Assembly: GCA_024654565.1 (NCBI GenBank)
Contig: JANLHM010000006.1
Coordinates: 64,694 to 128,693, forward strand
Direction: 5' to 3'
Origin: Nanobdellota archaeon
Lineage (GTDB): Archaea > Nanobdellota > Nanobdellia > Pacearchaeales > GW2011-AR1
DNA length: 64,000 bases
Positions 1 to 8,969 of the stretch are shown piece by piece (the stretch's first letter is position 1; every line of letters begins with the position of its first letter). The position numbers and the translations under genes are program-made. The notes beneath the pieces are model-generated. The model had not been told where the DNA came from, ran no database searches, and worked only from the letters and a program-made list of their open reading frames with translations.

Positions 1-220
1 TTAAGTCAGAAGCGTTCAATTCATAGATTTCCGAATTTATCTCGGATGAAAATGCATGAACAATCGTAGTCTTTCCTATTCCCGGGGGTCCATTTAAAAT
101 TATTGCCTTTTTCTTTCCAGGGAAATTTTTAATGAAATTTTTAATCTTCTGAACAGCTACTTCCTGTTCTATCACTTCTAAAATGTCTTTTGGTCTATAT
201 TTTTCATTCCAGTTTTGCAT
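1..220 (-). CDS. rfcL: Replication factor C large subunit, N-terminal fragment (continues past window start)
   Basis: Own translation of the minus strand from ATG at 220: MQNWNEKYRPKDILEVIEQEVAVQKIKNFIKNFPGKKKAIILNGPPGIGKTTIVHAFSSEINSEIYELNASDL. It has the KYRP box, Walker A GPPGIGKT and ELNASD clamp-loader motifs. Absent from the ORF track because it is open-ended. Confidence 0.7.
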   Translation of the reverse strand, partial: MQNWNEKYRPKDILEVIEQEVAVQKIKNFIKNFPGKKKAIILNGPPGIGKTTIVHAFSSEINSEIYELNASDL

Positions 221-737
221 TTTCTTTCTCCAAAATCATGTCGCTGTATGAATATTTAATTAAATCTTCATCTTTTATTTGAAAAAGGTCTTTGTAATAA
301 GTGCATTGTTTAGTTAGTTCTTCATCACTTTTTTCTCCCTCTTTCCTTATCGCTTCAATTTCAATAAAATTTCCAAGTTCTTTTACTTCATCTATGTGAA
401 ACCTCACATTATTAATAAAATAAATTTCTCTTTTTTTGTCAACTACAACTTTTATCCCTATAGAACTCTCAAGAATCTTTTCAAGGTTTGAATCTTGGTT
501 GTTATCCATGAGGAGAACTTCTGAACGTTTCAACCCTTTTGTATTTTCTCGGTTGTAGTAAATTAGCTTATTTTCAATATTTCCTTTTCTTAATTTTAAC
601 CTTCCATTTTTGGTCTGGTAATAAATGTCAATTTGGTGGTCTTTTCCGCGATAATCTGCGCTTAAACTATTGAGAACATTTCTTATTTTTTCAGTGTTTT
701 CACTTTTTGCTTTTATCTCAATGTTTATTTGTTTCAT
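204..737 (-). CDS. CYTH-domain protein (CyaB class IV adenylyl cyclase / triphosphate tunnel metalloenzyme family)
   Basis: N-terminal ExExK-type strand (INIEIKAK) and the later HIDEVKELGNFIEIEA pattern are typical of CYTH tunnel folds. Start and stop overlap the neighbouring genes. Confidence 0.65.
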   Translation of the reverse strand: MKQINIEIKAKSENTEKIRNVLNSLSADYRGKDHQIDIYYQTKNGRLKLRKGNIENKLIYYNRENTKGLKRSEVLLMDNNQDSNLEKILESSIGIKVVVDKKREIYFINNVRFHIDEVKELGNFIEIEAIRKEGEKSDEELTKQCTYYKDLFQIKDEDLIKYSYSDMILEKENAKLE

Positions 738-1156
738 TTTATTTTTGTTAAATTTCCGTTTAAAATTATTGGTTTCATCGCTTCAATTTCGTCATAATAC
801 TTTACTTCTTTTGGAGAGGGATTAAGAAGAAATATCTTTTTATTTAAAACATATGCAAAAGCCATTTCTATCAAAGTATTTCCTCCGATATAATTTTTTA
901 TGTTATTTTTTGTTAAATTATTAACTATTACTGCATCCACACTTTTTATTTCTTTAAAATAATTTTTTAATGGGTCGATTTCAAGTTTTCTCCATTTGTC
1001 TTCTTCAATAATTTCTCCATTAGCATGGCTTTCAACATCATCTTGGATTGTTACCTCGTGTCCCAACTTTTCCAAATCGATTTTTAATTTTATCATTTCT
1101 TTTGCAAAAGCCATAGAACTGCAAACAGCTATTTTCATTTTATCTTTATTTCCCAA
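734..1156 (-). CDS. Nucleoside 2-deoxyribosyltransferase-like (flavodoxin-like fold) protein
   Basis: KIAVCSSMAF N-terminus, a DAVIV strand, then GGNTLIEMAFAYVLNKKIFLLN, resembling the G-x-x-x-E-hGyA motif of the NDT/PF05014-like family. Confidence 0.5.
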   Translation of the reverse strand: MGNKDKMKIAVCSSMAFAKEMIKLKIDLEKLGHEVTIQDDVESHANGEIIEEDKWRKLEIDPLKNYFKEIKSVDAVIVNNLTKNNIKNYIGGNTLIEMAFAYVLNKKIFLLNPSPKEVKYYDEIEAMKPIILNGNLTKIK

Positions 1157-2105
1157 GTCCAGCTAAAACAAAACTTGCAATCAAAGCCTGAAGTTGAATA
1201 AACGGGTCAGAACCTTCAACCATTCTAAATTCCGTTTCCCCTGTTTTTTCAATAAGTTTTATTTTTAGTTCAGGTTCAACTGTCAAGTTCCATATTTCTT
1301 TTTGAATAGACTTTATTATGTCTTGCCCCGAAAGAGATTCTTTTAACATCAGGTCAAGGGCCTTTTTTCTGGCATTTTCAAAGTCTCCTGAAATTGCATA
1401 GTCTAAAACTATTCTTACTTCTTTTGATTTCACGTCCGGTGCAATGGTTCTCACAAGTTCACTATTCACTTTTGGAGAAATTGACGCTACTGACTGCAAA
1501 AAGTTAATTGAACGCCTGCAGTCACCGTTACTTGCTTCATAAATGGACTCAATTGCATCTTCTTCAATTTCAAGTTTTTCACTTTTTGCAATTTTTTCAA
1601 TTACCTTTTTTACATCTTTTTTTTCAAGAAGTTTAAACCTGAATATCGCACATCTTGATTGAATCGGGTCTATAATCTTTGAAGAATAATTGCATGACAT
1701 AATAAATCTGCAGGTTGCTGCATAATTTTCCATAGTTCTTCTTAATGCCTGCTGGGCTTCAGGAGTAAGTGCATCAGCTTCGTCTAAAAAGATTACTTTA
1801 AATGAAACATTTCCTAGCGACTTTGTCCTTGCAAAGTCCTTTACCTTCTCTCTTACAATGTTTATTCCCCTTTCATCACTCGCATTAAGTTCAAGATAAT
1901 TTTCTTTCCAGTTTTCGCCGAACAATTCTTTTACTACAATTAAAGCAAGGGTTGATTTCCCTGTCCCTGCAGGTCCTGCAAAGAGCAAATGGGGGATGTT
2001 AAGTGAGTCTGTTAGAGAATTTATTCTTTTTAATATTTCTGCCTGACCTACAACTTCTTCATACTTTTTTGGTCGATATTTTTCCGTCCATATTTCACTT
2101 GACAT
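1146..2105 (-). CDS. rfcS: Replication factor C small subunit
   Basis: EKYRP box, Walker A GPAGTGKST, Walker B FLDEADALT and SRC motif QSRCAIFRF. Length (319 aa) is typical. Confidence 0.92.
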   Translation of the reverse strand: MSSEIWTEKYRPKKYEEVVGQAEILKRINSLTDSLNIPHLLFAGPAGTGKSTLALIVVKELFGENWKENYLELNASDERGINIVREKVKDFARTKSLGNVSFKVIFLDEADALTPEAQQALRRTMENYAATCRFIMSCNYSSKIIDPIQSRCAIFRFKLLEKKDVKKVIEKIAKSEKLEIEEDAIESIYEASNGDCRRSINFLQSVASISPKVNSELVRTIAPDVKSKEVRIVLDYAISGDFENARKKALDLMLKESLSGQDIIKSIQKEIWNLTVEPELKIKLIEKTGETEFRMVEGSDPFIQLQALIASFVLAGLGK

Positions 2106-2406
2106 TTAATTTTGAGTAAATCCTTTTTTATAAAGATTGTTTTGTTATTCAAGAGGGAAGTCTTTGGTTATTTTGATGGAATTTCCTATTTACTTTAAGA
2201 ACCTTAATTTCAAGGTTATTTGGGGGGAGAAATTTAATATTTTTTTTGTACATTGTTCCCTTTGTAATAAACAATCAAATTTGAACTTGGAAATATTTTG
2301 TAAACTCACCAAACTTTCGAGAAATTTCTTCTATTTTTGAGTTAAATTACTTTTAAAAAAGTTTATTCCTTGATGAACACCTTTAAAATCTTTTTAAAAA
2401 TCTTTT

Positions 2407-2523
2407 TTATCTAGATCTTTCTCTTCTTACTTTACGTTTACGCTTTTCTTTTCTGAGTCTTTTTCTTTGCCATTTCCATCTCATCTGGTTCTTTTTTTTC
2501 CAACGTCTTGAACTTCTTTTCAT
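2407..2523 (-). CDS. rpl41e: Ribosomal protein eL41 (38 aa, below the ORF-track cutoff)
   Basis: Own translation: MKRSSRRWKKKNQMRWKWQRKRLRKEKRKRKVRRERSR. The MRWKW-x-RKR-x-R...KRKR...R-x-RS core matches the eukaryotic/archaeal L41e pattern ([25 protein letters not shown]). My recollection is that archaeal forms carry a similar MKR..RKWKKK extension. Confidence 0.7.
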   Translation of the reverse strand: MKRSSRRWKKKNQMRWKWQRKRLRKEKRKRKVRRERSR

Positions 2524-2674
2524 AGGTTTTGGATGAAAAATTTATTTTTAAAGATTGTGGTCAATAGTTTTATTGGTTCGGGGGCATTTTTTCATTAATG
2601 TGGCTGTGCCTTTTTATGTTATTCTTGAATATATATTTCGAAAGATATAAATAAATGAGTTCTCTTTATAGATT

Positions 2675-3283
2675 ATGAAGGTGTTGTCTGAAAGATATGC
2701 TGAAGACTTTTTGGAAAAAGAGGGTTTTAAAGTTGTAGAAAGAGAATTTTGTTCTTCAAAACGAAGGTTAAAAAGTTCTTTAATTAAAATAGGTTATCCA
2801 TTTGTTTTAAAAGCAACAGGCAAAAATCTTATTTCTAAAGACGGGCTTTATGGGGTTAGACTCGATATCAAAACCTATACCCAGGCACTCATTGAATTTG
2901 AAAACCTGAAAAAAATAAAAGGTTCAAATGGGGTAATTGTTCAAAAGAAAATTCAAGGAAAGGAATTTTTTGTGAACCTGAGGAGGGTAGATAACGGAAT
3001 TTCTGTCTTTTCACTTGGTTTTTTTTCTTCTAACAAAAATGGGGAGAAGGAAGCTTTTTTCAAATCTTTTCCCGCGGTTAAAGGAAAATTTGGAAAAATT
3101 TTTAAGAAAGAAGGAAAATTATTAAATATTTCTGAAAGAGAAAAAAAATCTCTTGAGGAATTTTTGGAGAACCTTTTATATTTGTTAAAGAGGGATAAAA
3201 AAATTCAGGAAGTAGTGATTGATTTAGGGTTTATTGACGGAAAAAATGTTACTGTTGCAAATTCCAGAGTTGTTTTTAGTTAG
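2675..3283 (+). CDS. ATP-grasp domain protein (ADP-forming acyl-CoA synthetase beta-like)
   Basis: N-terminus SERYAEDFLEKEGFKV...GYPFVLKA...GVRLDI...VIVQKKIQGKEFFV resembles the ATP-grasp_5 lid/core. No partner CoA-ligase domain is nearby. Confidence 0.4.
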   Translation: MKVLSERYAEDFLEKEGFKVVEREFCSSKRRLKSSLIKIGYPFVLKATGKNLISKDGLYGVRLDIKTYTQALIEFENLKKIKGSNGVIVQKKIQGKEFFVNLRRVDNGISVFSLGFFSSNKNGEKEAFFKSFPAVKGKFGKIFKKEGKLLNISEREKKSLEEFLENLLYLLKRDKKIQEVVIDLGFIDGKNVTVANSRVVFS

Positions 3284-3298
3284 AAAATTTGATTAATT

Positions 3299-3958
3299 TT
3301 AGTTAATTGAAGAAATTTTTTCTGTTTTAATTATTCTAACTGGTTTCATTCCCTTTTCAAGGAAGTCTTCAATTGTTGAAATTCTTGTTGAACTTCCTCT
3401 TTGTTCAGCAAAGTATAGTTTTCCTTCATTGTCTTCACCAATGTAGGTTGCTGCGTGAGTTGCCAACCTTCCTTTACTTTTATACCTACTTTTTGGATTG
3501 TATAGGGTTATGATATCTCCCATTTCAAGATTTTCTTTCGAATACTCTTCGTAAGGGTTATTTTTTTGAAGATTCCATGCTGCGGAGGCGATCACTTTTA
3601 ATCTTTTTTTAAATAGATAAGTTGAAATTTTTCTTGCATATTGGCTACAATAGTCTGATTTTTCCACATCCATTTCCTGCCAACTTGGGATTTTTATTTC
3701 TCTTCCATCTTCCAAAAACTTTATGTTCATCCCGCCCTTATATTCTATTTTTCCTTCCAGATTTTTTAATTTTTGTTCAAAATAGAAGTCATCCCATGGC
3801 TTTTCATTTGAAATTTGAGTATTTTGGGTAGGTGTTGGCAAGTCAGAATTTTCATCTTTTTTTTGTATTACTTCGTCTAATGTGTTAGTAAAGCTAAAAT
3901 AAAAAACTCCTGCTAGGAGGATGTTAGTTATTGATGACCTGTTTATATTCTTTCCCAT
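3299..3958 (-). CDS. Membrane-anchored NlpC/P60-like (papain-fold) putative peptidase
   Basis: N-terminal hydrophobic anchor. A candidate Cys nucleophile (DYCSQYARK) is followed about 60 aa later by GDIITLY...ATHAATYIG, the usual NlpC/P60 Cys...His spacing. Confidence 0.4.
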   Translation of the reverse strand: MGKNINRSSITNILLAGVFYFSFTNTLDEVIQKKDENSDLPTPTQNTQISNEKPWDDFYFEQKLKNLEGKIEYKGGMNIKFLEDGREIKIPSWQEMDVEKSDYCSQYARKISTYLFKKRLKVIASAAWNLQKNNPYEEYSKENLEMGDIITLYNPKSRYKSKGRLATHAATYIGEDNEGKLYFAEQRGSSTRISTIEDFLEKGMKPVRIIKTEKISSIN

Positions 3959-4175
3959 GTTATTACTATTTAGTGACTATTTATATACTTTTCGCCTATC
4001 TGAAAAAGGAGATTTTTTTCAATTTTTTTATTCTTTTTTTCATTTAAACTTTTTGTAAGTTAATCTAATATTTATTTTCTTTATAAAATTTATGCATCTC
4101 GTGTCAACATTTTAATCCTTTTTTGGTTTTTTTCTTGTCATATAATTTTATAAAATCTATTTTCTTGTTCTAATT

Positions 4176-5882
4176 ATGAAAATTTTGACTTTGCATGTCG
4201 ATTATATCGAGTGGGAGGGTCTGAAAAAGGCCCTTAAAAACATTGATGAAATCTCAAAAGAAAATCCGGAAAAAAGAAGAGTTGAGGAAGCCCTTGTTGT
4301 TTTAACCGCTATTGAAAAAGGAGATTTCCCCGAAAACATTGAAGAATATGTAAAAAATATAAAAGAAATTTCCGAAAGTGTGAAGGCAAAAAAAATAGTT
4401 CTTTATCCTTATGCCCATTTGTCCAGGAATCTTGGAAGTCCTGAAACCGCTGTTGAAATTCTTAAGAAAGCTGAAGAAGAGTTAAAAAAACTGCATTATG
4501 AAGTTTATCGTGCACCTTTTGGATACTACAAAACTTTTGAACTCAAAGTAAAGGGGCACCCTTTAAGTGAACTTTCTAGAGAGATAATTTCGAGAATCGA
4601 GGACGTTGAAGCCCCAATCACCGAAAAAGAAGTTAAGGCACTTTTGAGAGAAATTTCAAAATCAAAATTAGACACGTCAAAATTAGAAGATAATGATCAT
4701 CGGATTCTGGGTAAGAAAATGGATTTATGGAGTTTCAATCCGGTTGCTCCCGGAATGGTTTTTTGGCATGATAAAGGTTTAACTATAAAAAATGAATTGA
4801 TAAATTATTGGAGAGAAGTTCATAAAAGAGAAAACTATCAGGAGATTTCAACTCCTCAGATTATGGATAGCAAACTTTGGAAAGTTTCGGGTCATTGGGA
4901 TAAATACAAGGAAAACAATTTTGTGACTTCTTATGAAAAAAGACCTTTTTTAGCAAAACCGATGAATTGCCCCGGGGGGATGTTGGTGTACAATGCACAA
5001 CCCAAATCTTACAAAGACCTTCCATTAAGGGTTGGAGAGATGGGGGTTGTCCACAGGGTTGAACTTTCAGGGGTTCTTTCAGGTCTGTTCAGAGTTATTC
5101 AATTTACTCAGGATGACGCACATATTTTTTGTGCAAATGATTCTCAAGTTAAGGAAGAAATTTTTGGAGTTATGGAAATTATTCAAGAACTTTATAAAAC
5201 ATTTAAACTTGAATTTGATCATGTTGAACTTTCTACGAGACCTGAAAAGAGAATTGGTTCAGACAAGGATTGGGATACTGCTGAAGCTCTTCTTGAAAAA
5301 GCTTTAAAAGAGAAAAAAATAAAATACAAAGTTAACGAAGGAGATGGTGCTTTCTATGGGCCAAAGATTGACTTTCATCTTAAAGATTCTCTTGGTAGAA
5401 CTTGGCAAGCCTCTACAATTCAACTTGATTTTTCTCTTCCAGAAAGATTCAATTTAAAATTTACTGATGAAGGGGGCAATGAAAAAAGACCAATAATGCT
5501 CCATAGGGTAATCTACGGTTCTTTAGAAAGGTTTATCGGGATAATCACTGAAAGCTATTCCGGGAATTTTCCTCTTTGGCTTTCACCGGTTCAAGTTAGG
5601 ATTTTACCCATGAGTGAAAAGAACAACAAGTTTGCAGAAAAAGTAAAAGAAAAGTTTGTTCAAGAAGGGCTAAGAGTTGAAGTTGATTATACAAATGAAA
5701 GTCTTGGGAAAAAAGTAAGAACTGCACAACTTGAAAGGGTTTTTTATATGGTTACCGTCGGGGATAAAGAAGAAGCTGGAAAAACAATTAGTGTTCGTTC
5801 ACGTGACGGAAGCTTAGAGCATGGACTCCCAATTTCAAAATTCATTAAGAGAATGAAAAAAGAGATTGAAGGAAGAAAATGA
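4176..5882 (+). CDS. thrS: Threonyl-tRNA synthetase with archaeal-type N-terminal editing domain
   Basis: The N-terminus MKILTLHVDYIEWEG...LYPYAHLS...APFGYYKTFELKVKGHPLSELSR matches the Pyrococcus-type ThrRS editing domain. Class II core motifs (FRVIQFTQDDAHIF, GAFYGPKID) and a C-terminal anticodon-binding domain are present. Confidence 0.95.
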   Translation: MKILTLHVDYIEWEGLKKALKNIDEISKENPEKRRVEEALVVLTAIEKGDFPENIEEYVKNIKEISESVKAKKIVLYPYAHLSRNLGSPETAVEILKKAEEELKKLHYEVYRAPFGYYKTFELKVKGHPLSELSREIISRIEDVEAPITEKEVKALLREISKSKLDTSKLEDNDHRILGKKMDLWSFNPVAPGMVFWHDKGLTIKNELINYWREVHKRENYQEISTPQIMDSKLWKVSGHWDKYKENNFVTSYEKRPFLAKPMNCPGGMLVYNAQPKSYKDLPLRVGEMGVVHRVELSGVLSGLFRVIQFTQDDAHIFCANDSQVKEEIFGVMEIIQELYKTFKLEFDHVELSTRPEKRIGSDKDWDTAEALLEKALKEKKIKYKVNEGDGAFYGPKIDFHLKDSLGRTWQASTIQLDFSLPERFNLKFTDEGGNEKRPIMLHRVIYGSLERFIGIITESYSGNFPLWLSPVQVRILPMSEKNNKFAEKVKEKFVQEGLRVEVDYTNESLGKKVRTAQLERVFYMVTVGDKEEAGKTISVRSRDGSLEHGLPISKFIKRMKKEIEGRK

Positions 5883-6121
5883 GTGAAGAAGCTTTAGAAA
5901 AAAAACTCGGGGTTTGGGGAATTGATAAAATTGTGAGGGAAGGGGGTAGGTTTAGTGTTGAGGATTATTATTGCATTAAGTGTTACAAAGAAAACAAGAA
6001 AATTCCTGCAGAAATTTTTGGCCCTTCTTACATTTCAAATTCACAAGAGCTGAAAAACTTTTTCCCTTTAGCTCCTTATTGCAAAAGTTGTGATGAGGAA
6101 TTAAATAAAAAATTTGTATAA
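5879..6121 (+). CDS. Small zinc-ribbon protein (paralog A), translationally coupled to thrS
   Basis: CIKC...CKSC pairs. ATGA overlap with the thrS stop. Shares the EDYYCIKCYKENKKIPAE core with the next gene. Confidence 0.6.
   Translation: MSEEALEKKLGVWGIDKIVREGGRFSVEDYYCIKCYKENKKIPAEIFGPSYISNSQELKNFFPLAPYCKSCDEELNKKFV
5961..6012 (+). repeat. 52-nt perfect direct repeat, copy 1 (copy 2 at 6194..6245)
   Basis: aggattattattgcattaagtgttacaaagaaaacaagaaaattcctgcaga is identical in both zinc-ribbon genes, while the flanking codons have diverged. Confidence 0.95.
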
Positions 6122-6363
6122 TGACTGTTGAAAAAGAAGTTATGGTTTGGAATGTTGAGAATGTTTTAAAAGAAAAAGGAAAAATTTACGCTAAGGATTA
6201 TTATTGCATTAAGTGTTACAAAGAAAACAAGAAAATTCCTGCAGATTCTTTTTATGGTTTAGATGATCCTGATGCAGTGAGACCGCCTTATTGCAACAAT
6301 TGCATTAAAAGTTTAAATAAGGAGTACTGGATTTATATTATGCAGAATCCATCTGATTGGTAA
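6121..6363 (+). CDS. Small zinc-ribbon protein (paralog B)
   Basis: CIKC...CNNC pairs. TAATG overlap with the preceding paralog. Confidence 0.6.
   Translation: MTVEKEVMVWNVENVLKEKGKIYAKDYYCIKCYKENKKIPADSFYGLDDPDAVRPPYCNNCIKSLNKEYWIYIMQNPSDW
6194..6245 (+). repeat. 52-nt perfect direct repeat, copy 2
   Basis: Identical to 5961..6012. Repeat period is 233 nt. Confidence 0.95.
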
Positions 6364-6409
6364 ATTATTTAGTAGTAACATTTAAAAATAAATACTTTCT
6401 TTCGTTTTT

Positions 6410-7417
6410 ATGTTCCAAGAAAAAGATGAGAATGGAGAAGGTAAGAGGGTTTTTTTGAGCTTGAGGAATCTTGCAACATTTAAGCAAGCACCTTATTTAA
6501 TTAGGGGGCTTGTTAAATTAATGCCTAAACTAACTCTTGTGATTGAAGAAGGACCAGATAATTTAATTCTTAAAAGAGATTTAGAAAGAAATGGAATTAT
6601 TACAAACTTGAATTATAAATTGAAATCTTCAGATTTAACTTGTGAACTCGATTATGATAATGGGGGGATTCGTTCATTCTCAAAAGATGTATTAACTTTT
6701 TCCATAGATCCATTAAAATTTGAAAAAAGAAGATTACTCTCTCAAGAGGAAATCTCTAACTTGAAAGAAGAATATAAAATTAGGGAAAAGGAAAAGGTTG
6801 TGCTTGGAGGGTCTTTTCATGAGAGTGATATTCGTTTTCTTAAGAAGTCCGTTTACGAAATTCTGAATAAGGATGAGAATGTGAAGTTTATTCTTGTTCC
6901 AAGATATATAGATTCTATAAATGAAAATTTTTATTTTATGGGGGAGGGCAAAGAAAACGCCAGAAATAAAAAAGTTATGATAGTTAATAAAGAAGGGGTT
7001 CTGGACAACCTTTATTCAATTTGCGATATTGCTTTATTGGGAAATACTTTTGGTCAGGGGAAATTTTATGATGGGCAAAATCCTTTAGAACCAGCATTTT
7101 ATGGAAAGAGAATAATTTCAGGGTGTAATTATGCAGGCTGGAATTTGGAAGCTTTTTTGGGATTAAAGAAAAGTGGTCTGTTAAAAGTGATTTTTGACGA
7201 AGAAAATATGGGGAGAGAAATTTTAAGTAAACCTGATAAGAAAATTTTGCAAGCTTCGTGTGAAAAGGCTCAGGAATTCATTAAATCTCAACAAGGAATG
7301 GAGAATGCTTATGCAAGGATAGTGCAGAAGGTTCTTTATAATGAATTAACAGAAAAAGAGGAAGAATTTTTGAGTTCTTCTCAAAGTTATGATTCAATTA
7401 AGGAACATTTTAAATAA
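6410..7417 (+). CDS. Glycosyltransferase family 30 (Kdo-transferase WaaA/KdtA)-like protein, paralog 1
   Basis: ILVPRYIDS (compare PRHpeRf), GVLDNLYSICDIALLGNTF (compare LY..ADiAFVGGS) and GQNPLEPAFYGKRIISG (compare GGHN.LEPAALG.PVi.G). Confidence 0.5.
   Translation: MFQEKDENGEGKRVFLSLRNLATFKQAPYLIRGLVKLMPKLTLVIEEGPDNLILKRDLERNGIITNLNYKLKSSDLTCELDYDNGGIRSFSKDVLTFSIDPLKFEKRRLLSQEEISNLKEEYKIREKEKVVLGGSFHESDIRFLKKSVYEILNKDENVKFILVPRYIDSINENFYFMGEGKENARNKKVMIVNKEGVLDNLYSICDIALLGNTFGQGKFYDGQNPLEPAFYGKRIISGCNYAGWNLEAFLGLKKSGLLKVIFDEENMGREILSKPDKKILQASCEKAQEFIKSQQGMENAYARIVQKVLYNELTEKEEEFLSSSQSYDSIKEHFK
6710..6738. repeat. 29-nt perfect inverted repeat arm (partner 9615..9643)
   Basis: ccattaaaatttgaaaaaagaagattact. 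The reverse complement is present at 9615..9643. Confidence 0.9.
7082..7119. repeat. 38-nt perfect inverted repeat arm (partner 9231..9268)
   Basis: cctttagaaccagcattttatggaaagagaataatttc. The reverse complement is present at 9231..9268. Confidence 0.9.
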
Positions 7418-7460
7418 AACTTCACAAAAACCTTAAATAATACCTTAGACAATTTTTATT

Positions 7461-8969
7461 ATGGGCAAAAATAATGGGAAAGATTTTACCTCTTTTATTC
7501 AAGAAGCAGGATTGATTTGGGGACCGTCACCTGAGATTTACGGGGGTTTAGCGGGTTTTTACACGTATGGGCCTCTTGGAAAACTTTTAAAAAATAAAGT
7601 TGAAAACTCTGTTCGCAGAACTTTTAATGAAAACGGTTTTAGGGAAATTGAAGGACCTACAGTTTTGCCTAATGAAGTTTGGAAAGCGTCCGGGCATTTA
7701 GATACTTTTGTAGATAGAACGATTAAATGTAAAAAATGTTCGGCGATTTTTAGAGCAGATAAACTTATTGAAGAGAATCATGATGTTTCTGCAGATACTT
7801 TCTCAGATAAAGAGGTTTTAAGTTTTTTGAAAAAACATAAAATTAAATGCCCGACGTGTAAAGGAGAGTTTAACGAAAAAATTGAAAGACAAAGTTTAAT
7901 GATGAAAACTGTTGTTGGGGGTAAAGAAGCATCTCTACGTCCTGAGACTGCAACTGGAACTTACTTGCCTTTTCTACGTTATTACAATTATTTTAGAAAG
8001 AAACTTCCTTTTGGAGTTTTTCAGATAGGTAAAGCTTATAGAAATGAAATTTCTCCTCGGCAAAGTGTCCTTCGTGGTCGTGAATTTACTCAGGCTGAAG
8101 GCCAGATTTTTATAGATCCTAAGGAAAAAAATAAATGGGAAGGTTATGGAAAGGTAAAGGGCGAAAAACTCCCTTTTTGGTCTGAAGAAGAGCAAAAGAA
8201 GGGAAAACATTCAGGAGGATTAACTTCAATTGAAGAAGCTCTTAAAAAGAAGTTGATAAAAAGTGAGGTTTATGGATGGGCTATATGGCTCGCTTACACT
8301 CAATTTAAGAATTTTGGAATCCCCCTAGAAAGAATCAGGTTAAGACAGCACCATAAAGACGAAAAAGCTTTTTATGCTGATGACGCTTGGGACATAGAAC
8401 TTAATTTGAATAACTATGGCTGGACTGAAGTTTGTGGAATTCATGACAGAACTGATTATGACCTTGTTGAGCATTCAAAGGCAAGTGGGATAAAACTTGA
8501 AGCTCAAAGAGAAAACGGAGAAAAATTTGTTCCCCATGTAATTGAGATTGCATTTGGAACTGATAGACCAACTTATTCCCTTATTGATTTGTTTTATGAA
8601 AAAAAAGAAGAAGGGGACGGAAAAACAACTTTCAAATTGCCATATCACATGAGTCCAATTGATTTGTCTATTTTTCCTTTGATGAAAAAAGAAGGTCTTA
8701 TAGATTTGTCTGAAGAAATAAAAAATGATCTTCAGAAACACTTTGTTGTGGATTATGATTCTTCAGGAAGTATCGGAAAAAGATATTTACGGAGTGCAAC
8801 TTCAGGAATCCCCTATGCAATTACAATAGACTATGATTCTCTTCAGGATAAAAAAGTTACTCTAAGAGACAGAGATACGCAGGAGCAAAAAAGGATTGAA
8901 ATTTCTGAACTCGGGAATATTCTCAAGAGTTTGTTCAATGATGAAAAGAATTTTTTGGATTTAAATTAA
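7461..8969 (+). CDS. glyS: Glycyl-tRNA synthetase (archaeal/eukaryotic class II type)
   Basis: GLAGFYTYGPLG, LRPETATG, FQIGKAYRNEISPR and GREFTQAEGQIF motifs, plus a CKKC...CPTC zinc-ribbon insertion and a C-terminal anticodon-binding domain. Confidence 0.9.
   Translation: MGKNNGKDFTSFIQEAGLIWGPSPEIYGGLAGFYTYGPLGKLLKNKVENSVRRTFNENGFREIEGPTVLPNEVWKASGHLDTFVDRTIKCKKCSAIFRADKLIEENHDVSADTFSDKEVLSFLKKHKIKCPTCKGEFNEKIERQSLMMKTVVGGKEASLRPETATGTYLPFLRYYNYFRKKLPFGVFQIGKAYRNEISPRQSVLRGREFTQAEGQIFIDPKEKNKWEGYGKVKGEKLPFWSEEEQKKGKHSGGLTSIEEALKKKLIKSEVYGWAIWLAYTQFKNFGIPLERIRLRQHHKDEKAFYADDAWDIELNLNNYGWTEVCGIHDRTDYDLVEHSKASGIKLEAQRENGEKFVPHVIEIAFGTDRPTYSLIDLFYEKKEEGDGKTTFKLPYHMSPIDLSIFPLMKKEGLIDLSEEIKNDLQKHFVVDYDSSGSIGKRYLRSATSGIPYAITIDYDSLQDKKVTLRDRDTQEQKRIEISELGNILKSLFNDEKNFLDLN

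Noticed and set aside
2137-2340. 67-aa plus-strand ORF in the rfcS upstream spacer
   Set aside because: Its F/L/N/K-rich composition matches AT-rich non-coding DNA. It has no start context and no motif, so I treat it as non-coding.
2371-2455. UGAUGA (about 2371) and CUGA (about 2452) as a C/D-box sRNA
   Set aside because: The boxes are about 80 nt apart, too far for an archaeal C/D sRNA. The D-box lies inside the eL41 coding region on the other strand.
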